A DNA stretch of 64,000 bases from contig JAYQHX010000002.1 of assembly GCA_038141355.1 (NCBI GenBank), forward strand, positions 261,297-325,296, written 5' to 3'. The position numbers and the translations under genes are program-made. The notes below the pieces were generated by a model that did not search any database, was not told where the DNA came from, and saw nothing but the letters and a program-made list of their open reading frames with translations. This document shows, piece after piece, positions 1 through 11,140 of the stretch. Every line of letters starts with the position of its first letter. Position 1 is the first letter of the stretch. This stretch comes from Methanobacteriota archaeon. Its GTDB lineage: Archaea > Thermoplasmatota > Poseidoniia > Poseidoniales > Poseidoniaceae.

Positions 1-822
1 GGTTAGATTTCCAACTGTGTACCTTCCAGCGCCCCCAAGTCTAACAAGAATGTCAGGTGGCAATGTTACAGTTCCTGTTTCATCAACAATCAATTCTCTG
101 TCTTGGCTTAAATCTTCAACATTTACATTTTCTCCATGTTCAGCTACGAATCTTCCATCTCTTAATTCAAGTGAACGATTAGCAAAGGCTGCAACTTCTT
201 TCGAATGCGTAACAATCAAGAATGATACTCCCTCATTTATGTGTAAGTCTTTGAATAAAGCAAGAACTTCTCTACTTGTGACAGGATCTAGCGCTCCAGT
301 TGGTTCATCAGCAAGGATGAGTCTAGGTTTGGTGATTAGTGCTCGGGCAATTGCTACGCGCTGCTGCTCTCCACCGCTGAGCATTGCAGGCATTGCATGA
401 ATTCTGTGTGACATACCTAGTCTTGTTAGCATCTCATCTGCGATTGCTAATGCTTTCCTCGATCTTACACCTTGATGTCTAAGCGGCTGTGCGACGTTAT
501 CTCTTGCATTCAAATCGGGCAATAGATTTCCTTCTTGAAAAATGAATGAAACGGTTTTTTGTCTTAATTCTACTAATTCCTGACCTGTCAGTCTAGTCAT
601 GTTTTTTCCAACCAAACTCACTGAACCTGCGCTTGGTTTCATGAGCCCTCCGAGACATTTCATTAGGGTTGATTTTCCAGACCCTGAAGGCCCTACTACT
701 GCTATCGCCTCTCCTTCTTTCATGTTGATATGAAGTCCTCTCAAAGCGACTACATTTCCATCTTCGGCCTTGGATTCGTAAACATGGTAAAGTCCTTCAG
801 CTTCTAGTATACTATCAGTCAT
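1..822 (-). CDS. ABC transporter ATP-binding protein (LolD/MacB-like) with C-terminal extension; runs off the window start
   Basis: Not in the ORF track; read manually from ATG at 822: MTDSILEAEGLYHVY...GPSGSGKST (Walker A)...LSGGEQQRVAIARAL...ILADEPTGALD...IVTH; frame stays open to position 1. Confidence 0.9.
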   Translation of the reverse strand, partial: MTDSILEAEGLYHVYESKAEDGNVVALRGLHINMKEGEAIAVVGPSGSGKSTLMKCLGGLMKPSAGSVSLVGKNMTRLTGQELVELRQKTVSFIFQEGNLLPDLNARDNVAQPLRHQGVRSRKALAIADEMLTRLGMSHRIHAMPAMLSGGEQQRVAIARALITKPRLILADEPTGALDPVTSREVLALFKDLHINEGVSFLIVTHSKEVAAFANRSLELRDGRFVAEHGENVNVEDLSQDRELIVDETGTVTLPPDILVRLGGAGRYTVGNLT

Positions 823-824
823 CT

Positions 825-3800
825 TTACTCCCCCTTCAATACACTGGATAAATCAGCCTTCAGTGCCTTTCTTGTGGTTACCAATAATGCGATAACAACT
901 GCTGTAAATACCGCAAAGGAAACAAGGATAATTTGTGTCCATGGATAAATCAGAGTCCTGTCTATTACGGTAGAAGAACCGCCGAATATTTGGAATATGA
1001 ATCCGAAAATATCGAAGAAACCGTTGAACGATAATGCTAGTCCAACTCCTAGCACGATTCCTAAAGCCATTGAAACTATGACAATTGATAAAATTTCGAA
1101 TAGAACCAATCTAATTATTTGATTTGGAGATGCTCCAATTGCCTGAAGTACGGCTAGTTCTTTTTGCCTCTGACTCAATACCAATGAAAGGAATACGAAA
1201 CTAGATGCGACTGCTGCCACACTAGCAACAACGAATTGAAGTGATAGTAGACCTGGAGTTCCAAAAATCAATCCTCCATTTCTTTCAACGGTCTTGTGAG
1301 TAGATGACCAGTCTAGCACAGTCGCGACTCTAGAATCAGCTTCAATTTGCGAGGCTAGGGATTCTAGGTCATCACCAACTACTCTGTCAACTCTTACTAT
1401 CCAAGTTTTGGAACTGTAATTATCAGCATCATCACCAACCAATTCCCTCCAAGAACTCTCTCCAATGATAATTGATGATTCAATTACAGCGGCACCTACA
1501 CCAGGAATGTATTCATGAGTTCCCATGTAATACATAGATGTAGAATAAGGAGTTATGATTAATTCTACGCGTGTATCTGCAAAGAATAGGTCAGCAGCAA
1601 GCGGCGGAGGCAGGTCTGTAGGTCCTGATGCACAGGATGTTTCATCACTGTTAGAACCATCGGGACATGTTGTATTGGACAATATTGCTGACGAAAGGTC
1701 AAATAATCCGAATGTACCTTCAAGGTTAGCGTTTGTAAAGTCAGTACCGTTTAGCGAACCTCCCATGAAATTTACAATGATTGTATGATGTAGGTTTGCC
1801 CCACTTAAATCGGTATTCGTTAGGTTAACATCGAGTAAAATCGATTCACTTAGGTTAACTCCTGACAGGTCTGAATTAGATAGATTGGTTTCAGTCAGAT
1901 CCACTCTACTTAGGTTTCTATCTTCCAACGTTTGTCCAGATAAATCCAATCCAGACCAATCGCTATTCATTAATGCTGTATATGCATTAAACAAAACGAG
2001 AGGGTCTGTTTCATTGCTTCCTCCTGAAGAGAAATTAAATTCTATTTTTTCCCAGATGAAATTGATATTTTCTGATTTTTCATCACTTGGTTTTAGCAAG
2101 ATATCATCTAATCTATTTTCATCGCCGCCTCTATTAGACCCAGCTAGGCGTAAGGAGTACGCAGCATCTTCACCTGCGCTGAAACCGCCATTGCGATATG
2201 CTTTCATGGCATCATCGATATCCTCTCCGGGAATGGATTGTTCGCTCCATCTCAAAACTTCGTAATTATCATCAAAAAGAACGAAGGTCTGAAGTTTGTC
2301 TCCACCTTGTGCATCAGCGAGTGTTATTTCAGGAACGCTGGTTGCTACTGGAGAGGTTTTACTGTTTGTGAATTCACCGATTAACGACAGTAATCCGGTT
2401 TCATTGATTGGCCTTTCCATTTCAATTTGTAGGTCAGATCCTACGGTTGCATCTGCCGTTTTTTCGTCAACTAAGGTTCCAGTATAACCCTGAACCGCAG
2501 CGAGTGTCACAATGGATAACGTTAGGAGCATAATTACGGCGAGTCTGTTAACAGATTCTGTTGACCCTGAGCCCTTTAATCCCCTCTTCACGTCTTTTAG
2601 AATTGGAGAGCGGCCAAATAATAACTGCATTATTTGAGGACCTTTAGCTCCGATTCTTCCAAGCAATAACGCTCCTCCTATCCATAGTCCGAATGGTCCA
2701 AAAATACCTAGAAGACCCTCGATAAAGAAGTTGGAATTTAGGCCGTCTTCACTACCATTCATTTCTAGCCATGAATCGATTACTGCCACCATACCAAACA
2801 AGAATGCAGTCCAATGTAGCCATCTCTTAGGCTCGGTTTTTGTCGTTGTTTTTCTGACACCTTCTTCGATTTCTAGTTCAATGAATTCACGAGTTCTACT
2901 TCTTCCAAATATCATTGCAAGACCTAATGTTGTAATGGCAGTAAACAAGGTTGAGGCAATTCCTAGTGTAGGATTAACCTCGAAATCACCAGTTCTAAAT
3001 TCCATAAAGCCAACTGCAGATAATACAATTGGAACAGCCATAAGTGCTAGGATATAACCAACTAGCCAGGCTACTGACGACATAACAAATAGTTCGAGCA
3101 GTACCATGCCTTGCAAACTTCCTCCGTCTGCTCCAATAACCCTGTGTATGCTAACCTCTCTTCTTCTTTGCTCAAGTGATAATACAAGACCGTAAATGAG
3201 AACTGCAATCGATAATATCACGATTGGAATCATGATAATATAATCAAAAATTTGGATTAGGCCAAGGAAAATTTCCAAAAATAGAATCGTTCCACTTACG
3301 ATATCTGTGTAGTATAATTCAACTCCCTCATCTGTGTAATTTCCACTCTGAACTCTAGTCCCGAGGTCCTCTAGCCATTCTGCAGCATCATCAGTTGATG
3401 TAGTCGGAAGTTGCCCTCTATCAATTGTAACTCCCAGGTACATGTGGTCATAATCCATTAGCGTAGCACGTTCAGATTCCTCTAGGGCCTCCCATGTAGT
3501 GAATATGGGATTGAATGGTAAAGTAGGGTTCCCAAACGGCCATGGTTCATAGATTCCCATAACGGTGAGATTCTCTACAGTCATCCACATTCGACAGTAT
3601 ATCATTTCATTATTTTCAGGGGGTGATCTCCCCTGCACAATTTTCGTCGTTTATACTTCCTTCAAGCAGGGTAGATTCGTCAACAACGTAGGCAAATGTC
3701 AGAGTATCGAGAACATCACCCACTTTTGCTTGAGCCTGACTAGCAATTGTTGATGGTAGGATTATTCCTCTGTTTTTACTCATATTTTCAGGCGTTGGCC

Positions 3801-4443
3801 ATTCTCCGAGTCCAGAGATGATGTTAGCTCCAAGCCTGTCGGCTAATTCACCATCGAATGCTCCGGGGCCCAAGAATCGTATGGCTCTCTTATCAGAGAT
3901 TGGTGGGCCATTATCATCTGCTTCAGGATAAGCGAATGTTACAGAATCCCATAAGGGGTTTTCATTATCTGAGACCGCTCTCATTTCAAGGGGCTGGGCT
4001 ACGACAAACTCAGCATTGAAGAATCCACCACTGTGGATTCCTTGTCGCCCTAAAACGAGTGTGCAATCATTGAATTCACTAAACTCCTCGAGTAACTCAT
4101 CGCAAACACTCGTCATTGTGGTTGTATTGTTAGACCATCCTGTTGCGTTCTCAACAGGAGTTCTTGCGTATTCGATTTTGGCATCAAACGGCTCGGATTT
4201 CAATGATTCTTCAAAGAATAATTGGGACAATCCAACTCCGTATGCTAATACAGTAGTGATTACAAGAGAAGCAAGGAAAACACCAGCAATTACTGCCAAT
4301 CCTCTTTCTTTTCCTCTCCAGGCGCTTTGTCCTGCTAATCGTAATCGGCTTGGTAGTTCTGTAATTTTGTGTTTGTAAGATTGTAATCTAGAACGGTCTT
4401 TGGAAAAATCACTTGAACCCAATTCGATATCGGAATCAATCAT
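825..4443 (-). CDS. FtsX/MacB-type ABC permease (~1205 aa) with pentapeptide-repeat insert; split by a probable +1 error at G5 run 3619-3623
   Basis: ORFs 3616..4443 and 825..3638 join (CAGEIT-PENNEMIYC) if one base is removed; two FtsX-like motifs (QRRREVSIHRVIGA; QRQKELAVLQAIGA); lies between two ABC ATPases. Confidence 0.85.
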
Positions 4444-5159
4444 TCTTCCTCACCTTCCTCATCAAGTCCCCAAGCACTTCGGATATCGGATGCCTTGGTT
4501 TTACCATCGGTTAGAAGCAGCATCCTGTCGGCTTTGGATGCGAGATCTGGGTCATGTGTGACCATTAGAATAGAGATTGGATTTTCCTTGTCGTGACATA
4601 AGTTTTTGAATAATTCAAGGACCTCTGCCCCAGAAGCAATGTCGAGATTTCCAGTTGGTTCGTCTGCTAATAATAGAGGTCTATTTCCAGCGATTGCTCT
4701 CGCAATTGCAACCCTCTGTTGTTGTCCCCCAGACAATTGGTCAGGAATGTGGTGCATTCTGTCTGCGAGGTTTACTTTTTCAAGTGCGTCTATTGCTCTT
4801 TTTTCTGCTTCCTTGGGTTCACTTCCTGCAATTTCAAGCGCCATAGCAACATTGTCAAGAGCAGACAAATTATCTAGCAGATGGAAGTCTTGGAATATCC
4901 AACCTACGTAATTTCTTCGTACATCAACAATTGCTGAAGGATTTTTTGTTCCGTATTTCTTCTCATTTAGGACAATAGAACCCGAATCTGCAGGTAGCAA
5001 TCCTCCAATTATGTTGAGTAGTGTTGATTTTCCACATCCGGATGGACCCATAAGGGCAACTAACTCTCCGCTATCGATTTTCATATCAATGCCTTTCAAA
5101 ACATCAATTTTGTTTGAGCCCGAACCAAAAGATTTCGTTAAAGAATTGACCTCAATCAT
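4440..5159 (-). CDS. ABC transporter ATP-binding protein (LolD/MacB-like)
   Basis: GPSGCGKST, LSGGQQQRVAIARA, LLADEPTGNLD, MVTHD; 4-nt overlap with the permease. Confidence 0.95.
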   Translation of the reverse strand: MIEVNSLTKSFGSGSNKIDVLKGIDMKIDSGELVALMGPSGCGKSTLLNIIGGLLPADSGSIVLNEKKYGTKNPSAIVDVRRNYVGWIFQDFHLLDNLSALDNVAMALEIAGSEPKEAEKRAIDALEKVNLADRMHHIPDQLSGGQQQRVAIARAIAGNRPLLLADEPTGNLDIASGAEVLELFKNLCHDKENPISILMVTHDPDLASKADRMLLLTDGKTKASDIRSAWGLDEEGEEE

Positions 5160-5194
5160 AGGACCACGCTAATAAGCAGCATCACAAAGTTTTG

Positions 5195-5206
5195 GTATAT
5201 GAACTG
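5195..5206 (-). promoter_or_regulatory. Putative archaeal promoter element (CAGTTCATATAC) for the ABC operon
   Basis: TATA-like TTCATATA about 36 nt upstream of ATG 5159; identical 12-mer at 11161-11172 upstream of another minus-strand gene. Confidence 0.45.
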
Positions 5207-5291
5207 ATGTTTACCATGATTAAGATTAAATCATAAATTACCAATCAAGAATGGGATTAATTCCAATTACCTTCTACCATGTGGAAAGGGT

Positions 5292-7190
5292 ATGACGAAC
5301 CTTTGGGTTGTAGATTCAAATTGCTTCATTCACCTAGGTTCAATGGCTCCAGAAGGTTTTCTTTCTGATTTTAATTCGGTTCTAAAAAATCAATCCTCGG
5401 CGATTTACGTTACTCCTGGAGTTCACGGTGAAATCAAAACGGTTAGATTTCAACGCTGGAAAGGAAGTCCTAATCTTCTCGATACAATGATGGATTCATT
5501 GAAAACAATCGCTGTAGATGAGGCAGAAGTGAGAGCTCTTGCTAGCCATATCGGTGAAAATGCGTCACCGCAAGATGTTGATCTTTCACTCATGATTTTA
5601 GCCTCTAAGTTATCTCATGAAGGAAACAAAGTCACCTTAGTTTCAGATGATTACAAGATGACTACAACCGGAGAAAAAGCCAATTTAAATTTTGAAACAT
5701 GTCCACCATCAACCTTCATTCAGAGGCTAGCAGAATTTGGAAATTCGGGGCAAAGAACTAGATTTAGAAGCCTTTCAAGAAGGGTTAGAGCCGCAGAAAT
5801 GCGTTATGCAATAAGTAGGGCAGGTCAATATGATATTCAGGCAAAATTAACTTGGATGGTTGATTCATTATTATCGACAAAAGTATCTGCACCAGAACAG
5901 GAAGAAGTTTCCGGCGAGGTTGATGAAAAGAAATTGATTTCAGGCTTAATTCGGACAATAAGAGGACAACAGGTGAAAAAATCAATTTTGAACAAACTTG
6001 GAAATTTGCCAGAGATTTGTAATCCAGTTGCAAAAATTGATTCATTTTTGGAATCATTGGTCAGTGAAAGCACATCAGAGGATGTATTAGGTTCATACCA
6101 GTCTTGTGTTGAATTGCTTAGTGAAATTCTAGAGGTCACTGGCATAGGTTTAGCACCGCTTGGAGAGGATATGGCAGAAATTGCACACAGAGCAATTTCT
6201 GGACCGTTTTACAGGATGGAATCTGCTATGGGAATGTTGGCTAAGATGTCTGGAGATTTTCCGCTGTCAAGATTACATCTGACACGTGCTTTAGGGTATG
6301 CCACATTGGTTGATGACCAATCTGCTGAAATGCGTGCTATGCATCAACTTGGTTTGCTTGCACTATCGGCTGAGAATTGGAAAAGAGCCGCATCTCTATT
6401 TGAAACAGCAGATAGACAAAGTCAGATGATAAAAGCAAACAGGATTTCTAATCTTGTTCTATCTGGAATTGCGAGACATTTAGGTGGAGAAATAGAAGTT
6501 GCTGAAAACCATATTTCAACTGCAAAAAAGATAATTTCTAACGATAAATCAAGTGCGTCAGAAATCTTACACAATTTAGGAAATTCTTTACTCGCTATCG
6601 ATAGACCAGGACTTGCATTAGAAATTTTTGATGAGGCTATGGAATGCGCAATTGAAGCCGAACAAAGCGAAAAACTGGAAGCGATCGCTGAGGCAATCGT
6701 AATGGCGAATGCAGCCCTTTCTGAAAAAGAACAAATCCACTTTGATGGATTGAGGGACTTGCTTGATACCCTAGTTTCAATATCTGAGGGAAATACTGAA
6801 GAATTTGAAACGAGAATCTCTTCAATCGAAGAAAAAGTCGAAGAGATTTCCAAACCACTAAATGAATCATGGAAGGAATGGCAAGATTCGACCAATTTGA
6901 TAGAATCAGATTCTAAATTAACCATTCTTAGAATCGAGGTCGATGAAGGGAACAGAACACTGATTGTATCTCACCACCCAGAAATAGGACCTATTGGAAT
7001 TTGGCTACCTGAAGGGGGAATTTCAGCAGCTCCTGGAAATACAATTGAACTTAGCAAGACTAGAATAAAGGTAGCACCTCCTACCGAGGAGATGTCAAAT
7101 AATCACAATATCAGAGCGATACTTGCATTGGAAAATCCTGAGATGATGGAGATAACCGCTGTGACTGAGAATATTATCGACGAAGACTAA
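5292..7190 (+). CDS. PIN-domain protein with TPR-like helical repeats
   Basis: N-terminal VVDSNCFI...TPGVHGE...DVDLSL...LVSDD acidic PIN pattern; central Ala/Leu-rich TPR-like helices (e.g. ILHNLGNSLLAIDRPGLALEIFDEAM). Confidence 0.7.
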   Translation: MTNLWVVDSNCFIHLGSMAPEGFLSDFNSVLKNQSSAIYVTPGVHGEIKTVRFQRWKGSPNLLDTMMDSLKTIAVDEAEVRALASHIGENASPQDVDLSLMILASKLSHEGNKVTLVSDDYKMTTTGEKANLNFETCPPSTFIQRLAEFGNSGQRTRFRSLSRRVRAAEMRYAISRAGQYDIQAKLTWMVDSLLSTKVSAPEQEEVSGEVDEKKLISGLIRTIRGQQVKKSILNKLGNLPEICNPVAKIDSFLESLVSESTSEDVLGSYQSCVELLSEILEVTGIGLAPLGEDMAEIAHRAISGPFYRMESAMGMLAKMSGDFPLSRLHLTRALGYATLVDDQSAEMRAMHQLGLLALSAENWKRAASLFETADRQSQMIKANRISNLVLSGIARHLGGEIEVAENHISTAKKIISNDKSSASEILHNLGNSLLAIDRPGLALEIFDEAMECAIEAEQSEKLEAIAEAIVMANAALSEKEQIHFDGLRDLLDTLVSISEGNTEEFETRISSIEEKVEEISKPLNESWKEWQDSTNLIESDSKLTILRIEVDEGNRTLIVSHHPEIGPIGIWLPEGGISAAPGNTIELSKTRIKVAPPTEEMSNNHNIRAILALENPEMMEITAVTENIIDED

Positions 7191-7414
7191 TCACTAGATT
7201 GGGACTCTTCTTTGATTATTGTAAAATTTGTAGGACAGGTATTGAACCCCATTACCTTGTAGAAGGGGCACCATCCGAATACAGAAGTTGTTACACTCCA
7301 TATTCCAATTACTAGGAACACCATTTCCCAAATATTACCTGCTATGTAATCAAAAATCACGAATCCTAGGCCTGCACCCATTCGTAATAACCGATCAAAC
7401 ATACCAATGTTCAT
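7187..7414 (-). CDS. DUF2892/YgaP-like small membrane protein
   Basis: MNIGMFDRLLR...two TM helices...GWCPFYKVMGFNTCP pattern. Confidence 0.8.
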   Translation of the reverse strand: MNIGMFDRLLRMGAGLGFVIFDYIAGNIWEMVFLVIGIWSVTTSVFGWCPFYKVMGFNTCPTNFTIIKEESQSSD

Positions 7415-7509
7415 AGTTTATTCATGAATTTTTGTTGTTATATACTCCTGTAATAATCCACATGATGCAAATAACATTAGTATAAATATCGAAATGGGTT
7501 TCTAAAATC

Positions 7510-8241
7510 ATGGCAGAGTCATACTTATTGGTTGGTGGAAGCAGTGATATCGCTAGGATTGTTGCTAATGAACTATTATCAAGCGGCAACCATGTCACTC
7601 TAGTAGCACGAGATGAATCTCGAATTTCAGAATTAGTTTCAAAAGGAGCGAAGGCTGTCATCGGTGATTCATTAGATGAAAATTCAATTTTGGAAGGAAT
7701 CTCAATAGCATTGGAGCTAGGCGATGGAAGCATTAGTGGAGTAGCCCATCTAGTTGGCTCAATAGCGATTCGTCCTCCTCACGCAATGAAGATAGAAGCC
7801 TTTGAAGAGGTAATTTCAACTAACTTAACTAGCGCTTTTTTGACTTTATCACTGACAGGAAAAGCGATGCTAAAAGGTGGTGGCGGTAGAATGGTATTCA
7901 CTTCGAGTGTAGCCGCAACTCTTGGTTTAGTCAACCACGAGGCGATTGCCGCAGCAAAAGGTGGAATTGAATCGATGGTAAGGTCAGCAGCTGCTACCTA
8001 CGCTAAGAGGAGTATCAGAGTTAACGCAGTAGCACCTGGTTTAACAGATACAAGATTGGCATCATCTATACTTAGATCAGATGAAACCCGACAAGCATCA
8101 GCAGCAAAAATCCCTATCAACAGAATCAATGAAGCAGAAGAGATTGCTAAATCAATAATTTGGCTTCTTACTTCTGCCCCAGACAACTTTACCGGCCAAA
8201 TAATGCATTTAGATGGCGGTATGTCACAACTTGCAGTATGA
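7510..8241 (+). CDS. SDR family NAD(P)-dependent oxidoreductase
   Basis: VGGSSDIA Rossmann motif, FTSSVA, atypical catalytic helix (IAAAKGG), VNAVAPG, DGG C-terminus. Confidence 0.9.
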   Translation: MAESYLLVGGSSDIARIVANELLSSGNHVTLVARDESRISELVSKGAKAVIGDSLDENSILEGISIALELGDGSISGVAHLVGSIAIRPPHAMKIEAFEEVISTNLTSAFLTLSLTGKAMLKGGGGRMVFTSSVAATLGLVNHEAIAAAKGGIESMVRSAAATYAKRSIRVNAVAPGLTDTRLASSILRSDETRQASAAKIPINRINEAEEIAKSIIWLLTSAPDNFTGQIMHLDGGMSQLAV

Positions 8242-8250
8242 GGTGATATT

Positions 8251-8616
8251 TTGACTTGGCATGTAGCGATAAAACAATCAAAGTTAAAAGCAGGTAAGAA
8301 AAAAATGCTTAGTGTTGCAAAAAAGATGGTCTTAGTTGGTCAATTGGCTGATGGAAACGAATACTTTGCTACCGAAGCATTGTGTAGACACATGAGATGG
8401 CCATTGGCCTATGGTGCCAAAGTCAAAGATGGCTGTATAAGATGTCCACTACATCAAACAACTCACAAAATAGACACAGGTGAAATGGTCGAATGGTCAC
8501 CTTTTCCGCTATTCCCTCCATATGGAAAACTAGTGGGTAAAATGAGTAAACAAAAAGATCTCAAAATCTACGAAACTAGAGTCAAAGATGGTAATATCGA
8601 AATCAAAATTGATTGA
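8251..8616 (+). CDS. Rieske [2Fe-2S] ferredoxin
   Basis: CRH...CPLH Rieske ligands; TTG start preceded by GAGGTGA SD. Confidence 0.85.
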   Translation: MTWHVAIKQSKLKAGKKKMLSVAKKMVLVGQLADGNEYFATEALCRHMRWPLAYGAKVKDGCIRCPLHQTTHKIDTGEMVEWSPFPLFPPYGKLVGKMSKQKDLKIYETRVKDGNIEIKID

Positions 8617-8624
8617 TTTCCTCT

Positions 8625-9713
8625 CTAATTTTTCTTATTTAAATCCAAAGAAAGGGTTGTTTGAACTGGCTCGTTAAGTGCCTCTAAGACGATTTTTCTT
8701 CCAAGACGGTAATCAAGCCTACGCCTTCTTTTCCCATCCTTATTATTCCCTTTGAAACCAGATAGTATAATGTCTTCAGACCTTTCTCTATAAGACTCAA
8801 GAATTGAGTTCGCTCTTTCGCAAAATGACTTAATTTCTTTGTCGGATTTAAGCTCAGGTATACTTAGGTATGTCATTAAACGGGAAGACACTTTAATGCT
8901 AGAGCGAGGGTAGTCAAAATCAATTGCTGGTAAGAAATTGATGCGAACATCTGCCTTTGTTCCGTCAACCGCACGTAGCCCAATATTTCCATCAGGGTCA
9001 TTAAAAATAACTCTCTTACTTCTAGAAACATCACCTTTCAATCTGTTCATTTCAGATATTCGCATGACTTCTTTTTCATTTGAAAAAATTAGCGCATCCT
9101 GGCCAGATTGTGGCACCCAGCAAGTGACACATACAGGAAAGGTAGTGTCCTCAAAAGGATTATGTTCAAGAATTGAAATTAACGAACAGCGGTCCTTTGG
9201 ATAGTTCGAATGAAGAAATGTTTCAGGGATTATTGCGACAATATAATCGAATGATTCAAGACATTTGTCTAACGCAATTTCGTATAAATCACCCCGTCCA
9301 GATTCTTCAAAATATTTCCCGACCATTTGCCACATGGATTTTCTTTTTGCACTATAATTAGCAAGATATGGGGGATTTGTCACGCAAATCGATGAATGAT
9401 TTTTCTCAATCGATTTCAGACTATCGTTGACCGGCCAACCCAACTCTTTCTGAATGTCAAATCCTGAAATTTTCATTCCAAAGATTCCTTCACAAATTTT
9501 GAGTAAGTCTCCTTGTCCGGCAAATGGATCTATTGCAGACTTCAAATTTGAATCTTCTATGAATTTTTTAACTACAGAATTTAGCCAAGAGTCACCCTTT
9601 GTATTGAATGCTCCGTGTCCGACTTTTTTGACATCAACCTGTGTTGTATGTCCCGATTCTGCTCGGGTTAACATTTCGCCAAAACGGCGTTCTGTGTTGC
9701 CATCGTTTGCCAC
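8625..9713 (-). CDS. Amino (N6-adenine type) DNA methyltransferase-like protein, orphan
   Basis: Motif I IDPFAGQGDLL followed by motif IV VTNPPY (gamma-class order); DLY and IIPETF downstream. Confidence 0.75.
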   Translation of the reverse strand: MANDGNTERRFGEMLTRAESGHTTQVDVKKVGHGAFNTKGDSWLNSVVKKFIEDSNLKSAIDPFAGQGDLLKICEGIFGMKISGFDIQKELGWPVNDSLKSIEKNHSSICVTNPPYLANYSAKRKSMWQMVGKYFEESGRGDLYEIALDKCLESFDYIVAIIPETFLHSNYPKDRCSLISILEHNPFEDTTFPVCVTCWVPQSGQDALIFSNEKEVMRISEMNRLKGDVSRSKRVIFNDPDGNIGLRAVDGTKADVRINFLPAIDFDYPRSSIKVSSRLMTYLSIPELKSDKEIKSFCERANSILESYRERSEDIILSGFKGNNKDGKRRRRLDYRLGRKIVLEALNEPVQTTLSLDLNKKN

Positions 9714-9865
9714 TAAACATCTAAAATCGGATATCCTTTTTAGTCTTTCAAGAAATTTTCTAAGCAGAAAAAGTGGAAATTTCTGAGAAGGAAAATGTGA
9801 ATTTGATTATTTATGCCCCAAACTAAAAACAGAAAAACAAAATACAGGCATAATGAATACAAATC

Positions 9866-10132
9866 ATGGGCAGGAAAATGGATTTGCTTCTCGTTTTCGC
9901 GCTATGTTTGGTAGCAGTACCGATACTGAATTTTATGGCTGCTCAGGCTGAAAATTCCTATTACGAGGAAAATGACCTGTGCGACTCTGATGATGAAAAT
10001 CTACAACAGATTTGCGAGGATAATCGAGCAACTTGGAAAATGTATGAACTGGCTTGGAAGGCCACTTCTGGTATTGGTTTGATTTGCTTAATTGCAGCAA
10101 TTTTTCTGCCTAGAAGGGAGATAGAAGAGTAA
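9866..10132 (+). CDS. Small two-TM membrane protein
   Basis: Two hydrophobic helices flanking an acidic loop with two Cys. Confidence 0.6.
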   Translation: MGRKMDLLLVFALCLVAVPILNFMAAQAENSYYEENDLCDSDDENLQQICEDNRATWKMYELAWKATSGIGLICLIAAIFLPRREIEE

Positions 10133-10182
10133 TGGGAGGATTTAATCCATCCCATTTAGACTAGAAAACCATAGTTTTGATA

Positions 10183-11139
10183 TCAAACACGAGCCATGAT
10201 TCCAATATTCAGTGGTATTGGAGCCAGGAAATTCTTGTGAATTGGGTTGTCTTTGTCGTGTCTCTTAACATAATGACTTAGAAGAGTAATAGCCGCAGAT
10301 CTTGGCAGAAGTCCCTTCCTAAACTGGTGAATAACTTCGAGCATCTCGTGCTTGTCTTGCCTGTCGAGATTCGGCAATCTTCCAATCAATCTCTCCATAG
10401 CATGAGCGATTTGTCCTCTCTTTGTTAGTTTTGATAGGAATTTTTGGGCCTCAGTCATGTACAGCAGTGCCACGTTTTCTGGGTGTTCATCTCTATCGAA
10501 AGATTCTGCGATGATTCTACCTAGTGCTCTTTTGGAGTCCGGAGCTCTGCTGAGTAGGAACAATTTGTGTTCAGCGTGGAATTTCATAATTTTCTGGGCA
10601 GTCCAACCTTCTTTTCCGATTCTTAGCCATTCGTGGAAGAAGTGAACTCTCGCTAGGAAATGTTCTGCTTGTAATGGATCGGTCAAACGACCTTCTTCGA
10701 TTACTGGAATGTGGGGGTATAACGTGGTGAATACTTTCGCAAACATACCAACACCATCTCGAACTGCTTGCGGGTTATCACCACGATATACCTTAACGCG
10801 CTCTACACCGCATGTTGGAGAGTCCTTCTTGAAAACGAAGCCGCTGATACCTTCTGATACTAGATAGTCCGATTGCATTTCTGCAAATTCTAGCATTTTG
10901 TCGGTGTAGTCGTTTCCGTTTTTGGGGTCAATGAGCGAAATCTTTTCCCCGTTCTTGACTAACCTGATTGTTGGTCGTGGCACCCCCATGCCGATACCAA
11001 CTTCAGGGCAGACTCCGATTAGGTCAAGGTGGTCGCTCCAAACGCGGTTGAGCACCCTAAACTCTGCGGCATCGCCGTTATAGCGAACCTTTTTCCCAAG
11101 GAGACAAGAAGAAACAGCGAGTTTAGGCTTCTCGGACAT
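10183..11139 (-). CDS. DUF523 (2-thiouracil desulfidase-like) + DUF1722 (YbgA) protein
   Basis: VSSCLLGKKVRYNG, CPEVGIGMGVPR, KKDSPTCG, EEGRL, FHAEHKLFLLSR. Confidence 0.9.
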   Translation of the reverse strand: MSEKPKLAVSSCLLGKKVRYNGDAAEFRVLNRVWSDHLDLIGVCPEVGIGMGVPRPTIRLVKNGEKISLIDPKNGNDYTDKMLEFAEMQSDYLVSEGISGFVFKKDSPTCGVERVKVYRGDNPQAVRDGVGMFAKVFTTLYPHIPVIEEGRLTDPLQAEHFLARVHFFHEWLRIGKEGWTAQKIMKFHAEHKLFLLSRAPDSKRALGRIIAESFDRDEHPENVALLYMTEAQKFLSKLTKRGQIAHAMERLIGRLPNLDRQDKHEMLEVIHQFRKGLLPRSAAITLLSHYVKRHDKDNPIHKNFLAPIPLNIGIMARV

Positions 11140-11140
11140 A

